From: Elsinoe ampelina
Lineage: Eukaryota
Length of the DNA stretch: 64,000 nt
Assembly: GCA_010093995.1 (NCBI GenBank)
Contig: ML992503.1
Location: forward strand, 1,479,234-1,543,233
Direction of reading: 5' to 3'
The position numbers were made by a program, and so were the translations under genes. This document shows positions 1-12,212 of the stretch, one piece after another; positions within the stretch are counted from its first letter, which is position 1, and the number at the start of each line of letters is the position of its first letter. Under the pieces are notes generated by a model. It worked only from the letters and a program-made list of their open reading frames with translations. It was not told where the DNA came from and did no database searches.

Positions 1-441
1 GGTGGTAGTAACGGCCAGAGCTCGTTCATCCAATTCTTCGATGCCGTACTCGGTGTCGTGCATGAAAAGACGCAGGATTTTCACCAGGAGATGAGACGGT
101 ACATGCCAGGGCCTCATGCCAGGTTCCTCAACGAGGTCTGTGAGGTGGCCAATATCCGGGAGTACGTCGAGAGCCGGCCCAGGGATGGGGAGCTTACGCT
201 TGCATTCAACGATGCGGTCGCAAGTCTTACTGTGTTCCGGAACAAGCATCTCAACTTGGTGTCGAGGTACATTATAGTACCGAGCAGGCAGCCGAAGCCG
301 GTAGGCAAATCAGTCAGACAGGACCTGGCTACTGCATGCTCCACGATCGTCAGCGGCCAAGAGCTCGTCGGAACCGGAGGTACCAAGCTGCTTCCTTTCC
401 TCAAGCAGACAAGAGACGATACAGCTTCGACGTCGGTGTGA
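1..441 (+). CDS. Indoleamine 2,3-dioxygenase (IDO/BNA2 family), 3' part; gene starts before the window
   Basis: Frame open from base 1: GGSNGQSSFIQFFDAVLGV, EMRRYMPGPHARFL, FRNKHLNLVSRYII, GTGGTKLLPFLKQTRDDT are typical IDO C-terminal motifs. Confidence 0.9.
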   Translation, partial: GGSNGQSSFIQFFDAVLGVVHEKTQDFHQEMRRYMPGPHARFLNEVCEVANIREYVESRPRDGELTLAFNDAVASLTVFRNKHLNLVSRYIIVPSRQPKPVGKSVRQDLATACSTIVSGQELVGTGGTKLLPFLKQTRDDTASTSV

Positions 442-549
442 TGGATATCGTCAAGTAGAAAGATTCGAGTCGTTTCCTCAAGCAGACAAGAGACGATACA
501 GCTGCGACATCGGTGTGATGGATATCGTCAAGTAGAAAGATTCGAGTCG
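396..549. repeat. 77-bp direct tandem duplication covering the IDO stop codon and proximal 3' UTR
   Basis: 396-472 and 473-549 are identical apart from 2 substitutions (gcttcgacgtcgg vs gctgcgacatcgg). Confidence 0.95.
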
Positions 550-593
550 TACCAAGTGCTGGTTACGATCTCTAGAATATACTGTGTCGCTTC

Positions 594-2818
594 TCAAGTC
601 ACATCCCCATTCAAAAGCGTAGCTGCACCATCATCAATCGAGAAGAACGAATCTTCGAAGGCAAAACCGAAGTTCGGTCCTGTTGGTCGCAGAAAGTCTT
701 GTAGCGTCTGGTCATCTTCGGCGCTCCAGGGGAAAGACAGCGGGTTCATAGGTGTCGTCTGCTGATTTGGCAGCGCAGTAGCAGATTGATCGAGCTCAAA
801 GGCTGCATCTGCTGCTGCTGCCGGCCCAAACCCATTAGCAGCGGCTGCCGGACTCGCGGTCTGTGTGGTGAAAGTTAAACCGAAAAGTTCGGACGACGCT
901 TGCTTCAGTTTATGCCTGAAATCCGGCTCTCGATTGCGGATGTAGCTGCTGGTCACATCAACAAGCGTTTGCACGATACTCGAGTATTGGCGTGCGTGCG
1001 GGTCGACTTTTCCAAAGTGTTGGAGGCACTGTACTGATGCCCTAGTTGGCTCTTCTAGGACAAGACCATGACGACCTAACATACCCAGTCCTAAAGTGAG
1101 GGAGGATGCGAACAGCCAAGAACTTTTCTCGTTAGTCAAAGATGTCGTTGGTGGGGGAACGGAGATACCTACACCACACCTGGTGCTAGAGAGGGAACTT
1201 TCTCCGCACTGATGAGGTCCTGGATGATATTGACGAGCGTAATAGCAGCATCGATGGCTCCATCTGCAAACTTCTTCTTGTTCCGCTCTTCATATTGGGT
1301 GGTCGGTGCTCTTGCCTGTGACGTGCCCAACGAGTCGTAAACGTCGTAGATTAAGAAAGGCCGAGCAAGAAGAGTGATACTGTACAGATATGTGCTTACT
1401 ACTTGCAACGCACCGGTAGAGTCTCCTTCTACACCCGGTGTAGGCCTCTCTTCTCCAAGTAGTTCCATAAGCGGCTCTAGCCACGTCGAGGCCCATGCTT
1501 TCAGTTGATTGGAAACGAAGTGAGCGACCTTGACAGAAATATGTTTCCTGCTGTAGACTTGGACAACGACTTGCTCCAGGATGTCAGAAAGCGACAAATT
1601 AGCTTCAAGCAGATTGACAGGTGTCCCGGCTGTCTTAGCGGCTGCTCTGCGATGGGTGTCGTCGGCATCCGATATACCAGGCGGGCGGCCCAAGAGACAG
1701 CTGATGAACAAGTCAAAGACTCGCAGACTTCTCCAGATACGATTCCTGGATCGTCAGTCAAGGTCGCGTTGTCTCCAGCGTACATACCGTAAGGCCTTCA
1801 AAGGCAGTTCAAAAGAAGCATTGACTTCTGCGCGGTGCAGCCCTATTGCATATGCCGACCGAGCTGCCAGTGCTGGAAGAGCTTAGTTGCCGAGTAGATG
1901 GAAGCCGGAGGGCGACTCACAAAAGAAGAGGTAGGCCGCATTCGGCTTGAATGCTCGAAGCATGTACAGCGCCATCAGAGTGTGACCCTGCACCACTTGA
2001 ATGCTCATGTTTTCGCAAAAGTCGTTCTGTATGATGGCCTTGGAATGCTCGAACCAGACTATGGCTCTATCATCTGCAGTCTCCTGTGCACCGATTGCGA
2101 GGATTAGATAGAATACTGCTGAGGTAAGGTCCTTCAGATCTTGTGCACCAGCAGACCAGGCGTCCATCTCGGAGCTGATCAGGGACGGATCGAATATATC
2201 CACCATGCCACTCGAAGCCATCCGATACTGAGACAGCAGGAGAGAAGCCGTTGAAAGGTCGACCTCCGGAAGGGACGATCCAGATCTCGTAGGGTTTGGC
2301 CTTCCAAGCTCGTCCGTCATTTGTGTCTGACAAACCCTTGCGAAGCGAGCATGAGGGTCTAAATCTGTGGTGATAAATTGTCGAACCGCGCGTAGGAAGG
2401 ACAGAGGAGCACAGTCTCCAATGAAGACGGCTTTGCCATCGGCATCGCGAAGCAACTGCCCTGCGAGGGGTACTGCTGTCTCATTTCCGAGATGACTTGT
2501 CATTTCATTGCTGGCGATGGTGCATCTTCGTGGCCCGTTGCTGCCGGCCCAATCGTTAGTCCTGTCATTGGCCTGATCTCGTCTAGGACTGCTTGTCCGA
2601 GCAGGTCCTGGAGTGTGATGCGTGGAGTTTGGCGTTCGAGGACCATTGTGCTGTTGCTGGTCGGAGGCGACAAAGGTGCATGTGTCGGACAGATCTCGTC
2701 GAGCACAGTATGTGCAAGGCCAATTGCCATCACACTTGACTTTCCTGGACCGACAGAGGTTGCAGGCTTGATTCACTCTGTCAAACCGGCGTCGCTTCCG
2801 AGATGCGTCTTCGGCCAT
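594..2818 (-). CDS. Zn(II)2Cys6 fungal transcription factor with middle homology region, multi-exon
   Basis: ACNLCRSRKVKCDGNWPCTYCARRDLSDTC binuclear cluster, FIGDCAPLSFL, FISCLLGRPP; ORFs 1883-2818, 1169-1711 and 594-1139 are joinable through GT-AG introns. Confidence 0.9.
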
Positions 2819-3130
2819 AGGGGCGGCACGTCCTGTCTATGAAGGGTCATATGTAGACGGACACCTTTTCAGATGAAGTTACTGACGTCCCGATGCATTC
2901 CGAGTCAAGTCATTGCTATTGTCAATTGTTGTTGCTGGCATATGAGCAAGAAGTGGTCATGTCCACACGGAGCCGCATCGGGTGTTCCGTCCTCAACCTC
3001 GGATATTGAGAAGCTTCAGCTTCACTCAACTTTTTTCCAACCTGAGCATCATAAGCCATTGACCGCCCACAAGTACTTGTAGCAAATCCAAAAACCGAGA
3101 GGATATCCGCGCTCCTCAGCTCTCTACACA

Positions 3131-3955
3131 ATGGCTGACAGACCTACCACCCCAGCTCAGCCTCGGCAGCAGAGCACTGTAGTCAAATCATTCCTGGTGC
3201 TGTACAATAGTGTGTCAGCGATCCTCTGGGCAGCTGTCCTTGGAAGAGTAGTGCTTCTCTATGCACTGAGGGGTCAATGGAAGGTCTTCTTTGGAGTTGG
3301 CGAGTTCGTCAAGTGGACGCAGACACTGGCTTGGGCGGAGGTTATGTTCAGCCTTACTGGTAGGTCACATCTTCAACATTGTAAAGAGGGAGGGATGAAT
3401 GCGTCAATGGTGCTCGGAACTACATAAATTGCATGGACGGGCGAACAACGTCACTGACGAGCATTCCCAGGACTTGTTCGAGCCCCCCTTTTCACGACAG
3501 CGATGCAGGTCGCTTCCCGACTCTTCCTCGTTTGGGGCGTGATCGAACCATTCCAGGCAGACACAGTCTTCAGCGTGGGATATTCGACAATGCTTCTCGC
3601 ATGGAGTATCACAGAGGTCATTCGATACACGTTCTTCGCCATCAACATTGGGACAGGTGAAGTACCAGGGTGGCTGCTGTGGCTGAGGTACAACACCTTC
3701 TTCGTCCTGTACCCCATCGGCATCAGCAGCGAGTGCTGGATGATCATTCTCTCGATTGGACCGGCATATGCTGCAAATCCCTTGGCGGCATATGTTCTCC
3801 TCGCTGTCCTCGTCATTTACGTGCCAGGTAAGCTGTTTTGTCCCCATTCAGTGGAGTCGTGCTGACAGTCTCCAGGCTCTTACATTCTCTACACCCATAT
3901 GATGAAGCAACGATCCAAAGTCTTCAAGGGGAAGGCGCCAGCGAAGACGCAATAA
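3131..3955 (+). CDS. PHS1: Very-long-chain 3-hydroxyacyl-CoA dehydratase (PTPLA/PHS1), 3 exons
   Basis: MQVASRLFLVWGV, WSITEVIRY, LRYNTFFVLYPIGISSE and LYTHMMKQR motifs; introns about 3360-3470 and 3828-3875. Confidence 0.93.
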
Positions 3956-3992
3956 GATTCTGTTTGACCCTGTCTATAGTCTTCCGTCATGC

Positions 3993-5162
3993 TTAAGCTT
4001 GCTCCTGGAGCTTCACCGGGCTTCCGTTGCTGTTCAATAGAGCTTCCAACTGGGATGGTTAGCAGTGTCGATACAACCGTGCATCACGACTCACCACTTC
4101 CAGATCTCCGAGTGCTTCTTGTGGAGTCTGTCTGGGATCCGGCTTTCCTTCTTCAATGCCCTTCGCCCAGACCTGTACCTCCTCGGTCACACCGCTTGAC
4201 TTCGGGAACTGCTCGGTCCGCTTATTGCCGTCTTCCACCACAAGGACGGATTCCCATTCGACCTCAACCCGGCCCTTCTCACAACAGACAACCCATGCAG
4301 CACCTTCATCGGTCGATCCGAAGCTGAGATCGATCGTACCAATTCCGCCACTCTGGAGCCTGGCAGCACCAACTATAGTATCAACAGGTGGCAAGTGCTC
4401 CTGTGCCTGGTTGGAGAATCCAGTCACTTCCGTGATGGCAGCTTGCTTCCCTAGTGCTATTCTGATGCCAGCAATGAAGTGCACACCTCCATCTAGCAAG
4501 AATCCACCCTGATTCTCCGGCTTCTTGCGCCATTCGGTCTCATAGTACTTCGCACCAGGCTTGACGAATGCACTAAGCCTCAATCTGAAACTGAGGACTT
4601 TACCAAGCTTCTGCACCTGTTCGCCCGCATACACGAAGCGTCGCAGAATTCGGAATTGCTCCGCAACTGCCCATTGTGGTGGGTTGGACAAAGACTTGTA
4701 GTGGGATATCAAATCCCGAGCGGTCGACAGACTGGGACCTACGGGTTTCTCTGAGAGGATATGCTTGCCTGCATCCAAGCATTGCTTCGTGATCTCAGGT
4801 TGGGTAATGATTGGTAATGCGATCATCACGGCTTTGACGTCGTCCCGAGCCAGAAGCGCAGATAGAGACTTGGCCTCATTGCTGTCCGAGGAGTAGATCT
4901 CGATGTCAGAGAGGGAAGCTTCCGAGACCAGCTTGTTCGCAGATGCAGCGGAGCGAGAGAAGATCGCTTTCAACGATAGTGCAGGAGTGGCGAGGACTGC
5001 AGGCTGGTGAAGTTAGCATAGTGATAGTCATTGTGTTGTTAGACTCACGAGATGTTCCTCGCGGACGAAAATGCCTGCTCCAGGTCAGCAAGATTTATAT
5101 CATGCCAATAATTTGCCACCATGAAACTCACCACTTCCCAAGATAGCTACTCCGATAGACAT
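3993..5162 (-). CDS. Gfo/Idh/MocA family oxidoreductase, multi-exon
   Basis: N-terminal MSIGVAILGSG|IFVREEHL, GKHILSEKP, GGFLLDGGVH. Confidence 0.88.
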
Positions 5163-5734
5163 GCTTGCAGTGATGCTTTGTAGGTTGCGAGTAGGGAACG
5201 ATCTGTGAGATCTCGATGTTCTCTACTGGGAGATATTGGTAGCACTTCGATACTTCATTGCAGGAGAGTATCAATAGAAGAGCAATGCAAAACAGCATCG
5301 TTGGGGTTTAGCCTGAATCCCCACTCATCGGAAGTGGAGACGGCTTATACTTGCCTACCATGGCGTCACGGTCGCTCTGTCTCGTCAAGTATTTACCAGA
5401 TGCAATGGCGTGCTGAAACAAGGTGACAACAAGCCGGGATGTCACAGCTGTGTGTCTATGTACTCGGGTGTGGTATAGGAGGGTAAATAGAAGTCAAGGG
5501 CTGTTACATGTCCGGGAGACTCCGAAGCTCTTCCCTGACGTCGGATCGGTCTTGGCAAGAGCTTTTTCCAATCTGAAGCTTCATCAAGTGAACATTTTAC
5601 CTGCCGCATCAATATCTCTTCCCAGTCAAGCCTTTCACAGTTCCGTCCCCGTCACAGATTGCATTACAAACCTCCCCAGCATCCCCTCCGCGTAGCACCT
5701 CCACCACCACCGACAAATCCCCACACCAACCACA

Positions 5735-6213
5735 ATGGTCAAGCTCGAAGAAGTCCTCGACGAGTCCTTCCGCGAAGACCAACCCGGCCCGCGCGACGAC
5801 GAAGACTGGGACACCGACAGCGGCACGCCCCCCCCTTTCCCCCCATCCCTCTCCAGCCCACTAACCCCGTCCCAGCATCCGACGCCTCCTCCATCGCCTC
5901 GGACATCGACGAAGACGAATCCCTCCTCGACCGCCTCGTAGCCCTCAAGGACATCATCCCGCCCACGGCCCGCAAGAACATCGCCGCATCTTTCGACTCC
6001 GCTTCGTCGCTGGTCAAATCGGGGATCAGTATCGGGGGCAAGACGCTTTGGGTCGTGAGCACGAGTGTGCTGCTGGTGGGTGTGCCGTGGGCGTTGGCAT
6101 TGGCGGAGGAGCAGCAGATGGAGATGATGGAGAGGGAGATGAAGGCGCAGGAGAGGGCGGGGGAGATGTTGACGCAGCAGCAGGGTGGGGTGGAGGGGAA
6201 GGCGGCTTTGTAG
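5735..6213 (+). CDS. TOM22: Mitochondrial import receptor Tom22, 2 exons (probable GC-AG intron 5823-5875)
   Basis: Acidic N-terminus MVKLEEV, ESLLDRLVALKDIIPP, TM segment GKTLWVVSTSVLLVGVPWALALAEEQQ. Confidence 0.93.
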
Positions 6214-6519
6214 GAGATGACGGAGGGTGGGTTGGACTGAGAGCGTGAGGAGTGGAGATTGAGGCTTTGAAGGAGCAGGCTGCGGATGTGGGTCTTGATA
6301 AGGACATGGAGGGATTGAGGTAGCTGAGGTGAAGAAGTGGCTCAGCAGATGTCATATATTTGTACAACACTTTCGATCACCGACAGTCGGGAGGTCGACG
6401 GCATCTTTCTCAGCTCTGTAAATGTGATAATCGATATCCTGATGCTAATCATATCATAATCTGTCCCGCGCTTAGATTCAAATCACATCACGCTCGTCAC
6501 TGTCACGGCTTCTCTCCGA

Positions 6520-9103
6520 CTACTTCGCCCCCTTGACCACACCCTCCAGATAATCCATCAGGAAACCCCTGGCCTCCACCGGCGTACCAGGACTCTTGGG
6601 CCCTGTCTCTCCAGCGAGGCTACCATGTCGCGCAACACCTCCCAGGCTACCTTGTCGACTCATTCCCGTAACGCTGCTGCTGGACCCCATCCTCGCTCGC
6701 TCGGAACCGATAGCGCCAGGTGGTCCTGGTGGTTGATTCTGCGACGTCGATCTGGAGAGGACTTGTGGTGGCACGAAGGAGGTAGCTGCGTTATTCGAAG
6801 AGGCACCGAAGGATGAGGTCGGAGATGCGAGCGGTGGCGTAGGCTGCTGCTTTGTGGGCTGTGACTGGGCGAAGAGGGAGAGGAGGGCGTTGCGTTGAGA
6901 CTGCGCTGGCGCTTTGGGTGGTGGGGCAGACGTGGCCGGCTCGGGTGATATCTTCGATGCTATGGGAGGTGGATCGCCACGTCTCAGAATTTGAGGTTGG
7001 TAGCTGGGTCTCGCTGTGCCATTTGCGGGACCTGTTGGGATAGGCTTCTCACGCGGCGATGTAGGCGGTTTTGATGCTGATGCTGGTCGTTGGAGAATCG
7101 TGAGCGGCTGCTGCGGCATCGATGGCTTACCTCTTGACACGGGTCGGGATATTTGGTCAGTCCTTGCAGGCCCTGGCCTTGACAAGATCTTTGTCGGCTG
7201 TTGTGGTGATGGAAGAGGACTGGTAGCTGCTTGTGCGAGCTTGGCCTTGGGAGCTATTGGCGTGCTCCCCAGTGTCGGGAAATTGTCATTGTCCATGCTC
7301 GGCACTGGTGCAGATGGCTTGCGATTCGCGGTCTTCGTCTTCGGAAGCGTCCGAGTGATCATGCTCATGGCTGAGGAACGTCGAGGTCCAGTAGGTGGTG
7401 GTTTCGGCTTGAAAGCATCGGTTTCTGGTGTAGCAGCTGTGGGGGCCGTTCGGTCCATGGCAACATTGGGGGCGGCGGCCGGCGGAGAGGGAGACGCGAT
7501 GGGCGCTTTGAAGAGATCAAGAAGAGAATTCTGCTGTGCATTTCGCGGTGGTGGATTTTGGCGCACCGTCTGAAGCAAGTCAGGATTCGTCGCAGGCTTT
7601 ACAGCTCCTGGTCCAGTCTTGAAGGCGTTGAGCAGGTTCATAGCATGATTGTTCAGTCGTGGTGGTGGCAGACTGGATGATGGAGGCGGGTCGGGTACTT
7701 GCGATGGATGAGCGACTTGTTGTTGGGTCTGATGTTGTTGCTGCACGAATTGAGGAAGCTGTTGATGCTGCGTCTGGCCAGGCTGGTGTTGGAACATGCG
7801 CAGCAAGTTTGACCGGTCAGACAGTCCGCTGAGCTGTCCCTGGAATGCTATATCTTGCTGAGCTGAATGCGCCTGTAGTTGTCCCAGACCTTGTTGGGAT
7901 GGAAATTGAGGTGGTGGTTGAGCTCGAGAGAAAGGAGATTCGTGGACGTGCGAGATATGCGGACTTTGAGGTTGTTGAGGCTGACCGAGGATCTGCTCCA
8001 TCGGAGTGATTGGTATCTCAGAAGGCTGTCGTTGAAACTGCTGCTGTGGCCTGCTAGCGCTCCCATTTAGCATCGCCAGCAATTGCGAGGCCTGTTGCTG
8101 ATTCGTTGGCATCTGAGACTGCTGTGCTGTTACTGGTACAGGCTGAAGGGCCTGCACACTCAATAACCTCTTCAGTTCAGCCGCTGGGTCATGCAAACCA
8201 GGTTGTGGCGTGCTGATCTCTGGTAATTGACTCGGCTGCTCTTCCACATAAGCTTCTGATGGCATCTCCTCAGTCTCATCTTCCTGCAAAAGATCCATCT
8301 TCCTCTGCTTGACGATCCATTTCTTCAGGGGTTGCAGAAATGGTGCCACCATGTAGAACTTGTTTGGATTGTATGCCTCGCCACCGTCGCTTTGATGACC
8401 CTGCCTGTTCTTCTTGAGTGTCGGCAGGTCATTCAAACGGTACCACTGGATCTTGCTAATCTCCTTTCTTGTCTTTGGCTCGAAATGGGTGTCCATAGGC
8501 ACATTCCTGAAGACGAAGAGCCTCATGTTCTGGTCCCTCATGGTGATGTCAATTGCCTTCACCTCACCACGATCAGGTACCAGGCCTGCCTCGCTGATGT
8601 CAAAGCCAGTTTCCTCCCATACCTCTCTTACTGCACAATCCAGATCGTCCTCGTCCTTATTGATCTTGCCCCTCGGGAACGACCAGCTTGCGCTCTTGCT
8701 CCACCCCTTCACAAGCAACACATGGTCCATCTCCGGATTGAGCATGATGGCTCCACGTACAGGCACACGTGTCTTGTAGCCCAGGAACTCCTGGTAAGCG
8801 GCCAGATGTTGCTCATCGGAGAAGCTCGACGTGAGCGGGCAATGTCCCAGAATCTTCAGGCTGAATTGTTTGAGGTTCATCGATGGTAGTGTCGGGTCTA
8901 TTGGCCGTATGAAGTCCTCGTAGAACCATTGTGCCTCTTCGATTTGGAAGCATATTCGAGCTACGCTTTCGAGTTCTTCTTGTGGTAAATTTATGATAAA
9001 ACGGACACATAGGTCATCCAGCCCTGCCATCAATCAGTGCTCTACGACTTCTGCGCCTTGTCGTATCCGTACAATCAACTAGCTGCATCTTCGATTCTTG
9101 CAT
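6520..9103 (-). CDS. DCP2: mRNA decapping enzyme Dcp2 (Box A + Nudix + long disordered tail)
   Basis: MQESKMQLVDW|LDDLCVRFIINLPQEEL, Nudix box WSFPRGKINKDEDDLDCAVREVWEETG; short intron about 9024-9072. Confidence 0.95.
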
Positions 9104-9575
9104 ATTGTCCTGTGTCGCATATCATGTCCGCGGGGCTGAGAGCTGGTATCGCGTTGCGGGTGCCAGCGAGGACCGCGAGGCTGGAGGAGGCACCAGTGAA
9201 AACTGTGCAGTGAGGGTTCGATGCTGAGATCTGGGTCTGTATAGCAGAATCTCACGCGACGAAAGATGAGATGACCCAATAACTACCAGAGGGTGAAGTG
9301 TAGGTGGTAGTACACCTGAGAAGATCGACGTCACTGCGCTGGTGCGAACTCTAAAATTTGTTCGGGTCTTCAACTCTCAACGACTCATCTTCTTTCTTCT
9401 CACATTCAACAACGCGCTGATACTACCAGGAAGACCCGATCTGCTATTGATCGTGTCGGAATCCGCGTATCTGCGGTGCCCTTGCACTAATTCTGGTGGT
9501 ACCTTTACCCGCAAGATCGGTAGGCGCATTTGAAGAGAAGCAGTTGTTCAAGCCTTTTCATTAGAGTCTGGTAGT

Positions 9576-10964
9576 ATGCCGTCGGACGATTTGGAGTCGC
9601 ATGCGCGCTCCACACAAGACTACTATGCGCTCCTAGAGATTGCTGAAGGCGCCACAGAATCCGAGATCCGCAAGGCGTACAGACGAACGGCTCTCAAATA
9701 CCATCCGGACAAGAATGCAGGCAACGCAGCTGCTGTGGACAAGTTCCACCTACTCTCTGTCGCCAATGACGTGCTCTCCGACCCACACGCAAAGGCGATT
9801 TACGATTCTGGTAGACAGGCTAGGAGGGAGAAGGAACTGCGGGAGCAAGCGTATGGCGACGAGCGGAGAAGAATGAAGGAGGACCTGGAGCGCAAGGAGC
9901 GTGGTGGCAAGCGGACCCGGGAGGAGGATGAGGAGTATGAGAAGCAGCAGGCGGAGCTTCGAAGGTTGCAGGCGGATGGCGCAAGACGTCGCTACGAGAG
10001 GCAGGAGAAGCTGCGAAAGGAGCAGGAAGACGCGCTCAAGGCAGAGGAGGCCGAGCAGATGGAGCTTGATGACGAGCCGGCAGATGTCCCTGAGATGGAA
10101 AGGGCAGTCAAGGTCAAGTGGGAACGGGACGGGGAGGGTCAGAACATCGACAAAGACTCGCTGGCCAAAATGTTCGAGCGGTTTGGGAAGGTCGATATGG
10201 TGGTAGTTCTCAAGGACAAGACGAAGACGAAAAAGGGCACAGACACCAAGCGCGTGCTCGGAACAGCGACAGTCGTCTTCGTGTCGATGGCGAGCGCACA
10301 TGCAGCTGTTGAGGATAGCGCCGCACTGGAATTTGCATCACTGGACAGTGTCACCTGGGCCAAAGGAGAGGAACCCCAAGTCATCAAGGATCTACGAAAC
10401 AGATCGAACGGATCTCCCAGGCCAAATACCACCAGGTCCAACGACGGTGGTAGTACAGGGACAGCTCCGTCGCGACCAAGCAAGGACGACATTACCCGGA
10501 TCCGCTTGAGACTGGCCGCGCAACGTCGGAAGGCTGAAAAGGATGCAGATGCGAACCATGACACCCCCGAAAGACTATCTTCTGCCTCTGGAAATGCTGG
10601 TAGGTCGCCTCCACGTACTACCAGGATGGACGCAACCGACAGCTCAGCAGGCGGTCTCCGCAAGATGCCCTCCCTCGGATCGTTCAAAGCTGATAGTTTT
10701 ACTCCCAAGAAACTAGTAGCTTTATCGACACCGAAACCGGCCCATCGCCGAATGGCTGAAATGGAAGACGAAGAAGCTGGCGGCGGGCTGCGCAAGGTGC
10801 CGTCTTTTGCGTCCTTCAAAGCACATATGACGCCCAAGAACCCCTCGACGAATAGCCCGTTCGCGAGTCCTGCCCTTGATCAGGCCAGGAAAGATAAAGC
10901 AAGGGAAGAAGAGAGAAGGCGTCTGTTCGAGGAGCTACGCCAGCAGGAGGCAGATGATGAATGA
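9576..10964 (+). CDS. CWC23: DnaJ + RRM spliceosome co-chaperone Cwc23/Cwf23
   Basis: J-domain with HPD (ALKYHPDKN), charged coiled coil, RRM-like VKVKW...MFERFGKVD. Confidence 0.85.
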   Translation: MPSDDLESHARSTQDYYALLEIAEGATESEIRKAYRRTALKYHPDKNAGNAAAVDKFHLLSVANDVLSDPHAKAIYDSGRQARREKELREQAYGDERRRMKEDLERKERGGKRTREEDEEYEKQQAELRRLQADGARRRYERQEKLRKEQEDALKAEEAEQMELDDEPADVPEMERAVKVKWERDGEGQNIDKDSLAKMFERFGKVDMVVVLKDKTKTKKGTDTKRVLGTATVVFVSMASAHAAVEDSAALEFASLDSVTWAKGEEPQVIKDLRNRSNGSPRPNTTRSNDGGSTGTAPSRPSKDDITRIRLRLAAQRRKAEKDADANHDTPERLSSASGNAGRSPPRTTRMDATDSSAGGLRKMPSLGSFKADSFTPKKLVALSTPKPAHRRMAEMEDEEAGGGLRKVPSFASFKAHMTPKNPSTNSPFASPALDQARKDKAREEERRRLFEELRQQEADDE

Positions 10965-11173
10965 ACACTACCAGAAGGGACTGGTGGCATGACTTTCGTA
11001 GCGCATGATACCCCAAGAATATCACGAGTCAATGCAGAGATATTACCAGACCTTTCTGTCCTTGACAAGGGACCGCAAATGGCCGCATGTCCGCCAGGTA
11101 GTTTCAAATCGAAAGAGCTACCATAATCGCGCCACGAATTCACTGAAAGTGACATGATATTCATTAGGTACAT

Positions 11174-11751
11174 TCACAACTTGGCCCCCTCCTTCACCAA
11201 AAGCTTCCCCAACCCCTCCTTCATCGTCACCCCCATCCCATCCTTGCGCGGCCGCCTCGTCTCGCTATCCACAAAAACATGCACAAACTCACCCACCGCC
11301 TTGACCTCATCCGACCCTTGCTCGAAGACGCCGATCTCGTGCGTCACGCTCGAGTGGCCTAGCTTCTTGACCCGAAGGCAGAGGTCCACAACGGCAGGAA
11401 ACGAGATGGGGCCGAAGTAGTCGCAGTGGGAGTGGACTACTAGGCCGATGTAAGGTGATGTGGGCGGATGTAAGGCGCAGTGCTTGATTAGGTATGTGTT
11501 GACTACGCTGTCGAAGAGGAAGTAGTAGATGCTGTTGTTTAGGTGGTCGTACATGTCGTTGTCGGACCTGGGGGGTTAGCTTTGGTTGCAATGTGGATCC
11601 AATGAACAGAGTCGTGGACACGTAGTGAGCACAGTCACTCGGAATTCGAGGTAAATAAAGAAACGAGGCATGCGACTTACCATCTCGTCCGATACTCCAG
11701 CGTGAAGCCGTAGTCACTCCGCCGCCGTTTCTTGAGCTCATCTTGTGACAT
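11174..11751 (-). CDS. Hotdog-fold (4HBT-like) thioesterase, 2 exons
   Basis: LEYRTRW|SDNDMYDHLNNSIYYFLFDS, GEFVHVFVD; ends in AKL, a PTS1-like signal. Confidence 0.88.
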
Positions 11752-12212
11752 GGCGGTGCTCAGCCTCGGGTGATCAATGGAAGTTCCCTTGCAGGCCTTA
11801 AGACGATTGATGCGTATATACCAAGGAGATTGAGTTCGTCGACATGTTTGGAGTGAAAGAGAGGAAGTTGACAAGGACCGAGCATACATGCCTCGGCTCA
11901 ATGTGTCTCCCGTTTAGGTCTAGCGTGGTTGGAGGCATAGGCATCTTCTCGCCTTTTGCTCACTGGTAATCACATTTTGCAGCATGATTATCCATGCGTC
12001 TGCGTATGGGCGAGACTCTGGTCGCGAAGTTGTGCTTTTCTCAGCCAGATTGCTTTGCGGTGTCGCTTTTGAGCTTGACTAATAGGTATCGTACACGCCC
12101 TTTGCACCGTTCAGTGAGTCACTACCTTTCTATATATACATGATCTTCCAACCCGTCACATGAACGGTCGAAGACCTCCAGAGAAGAACAACTCCGTGGA
12201 ATAGTAGCCGCA

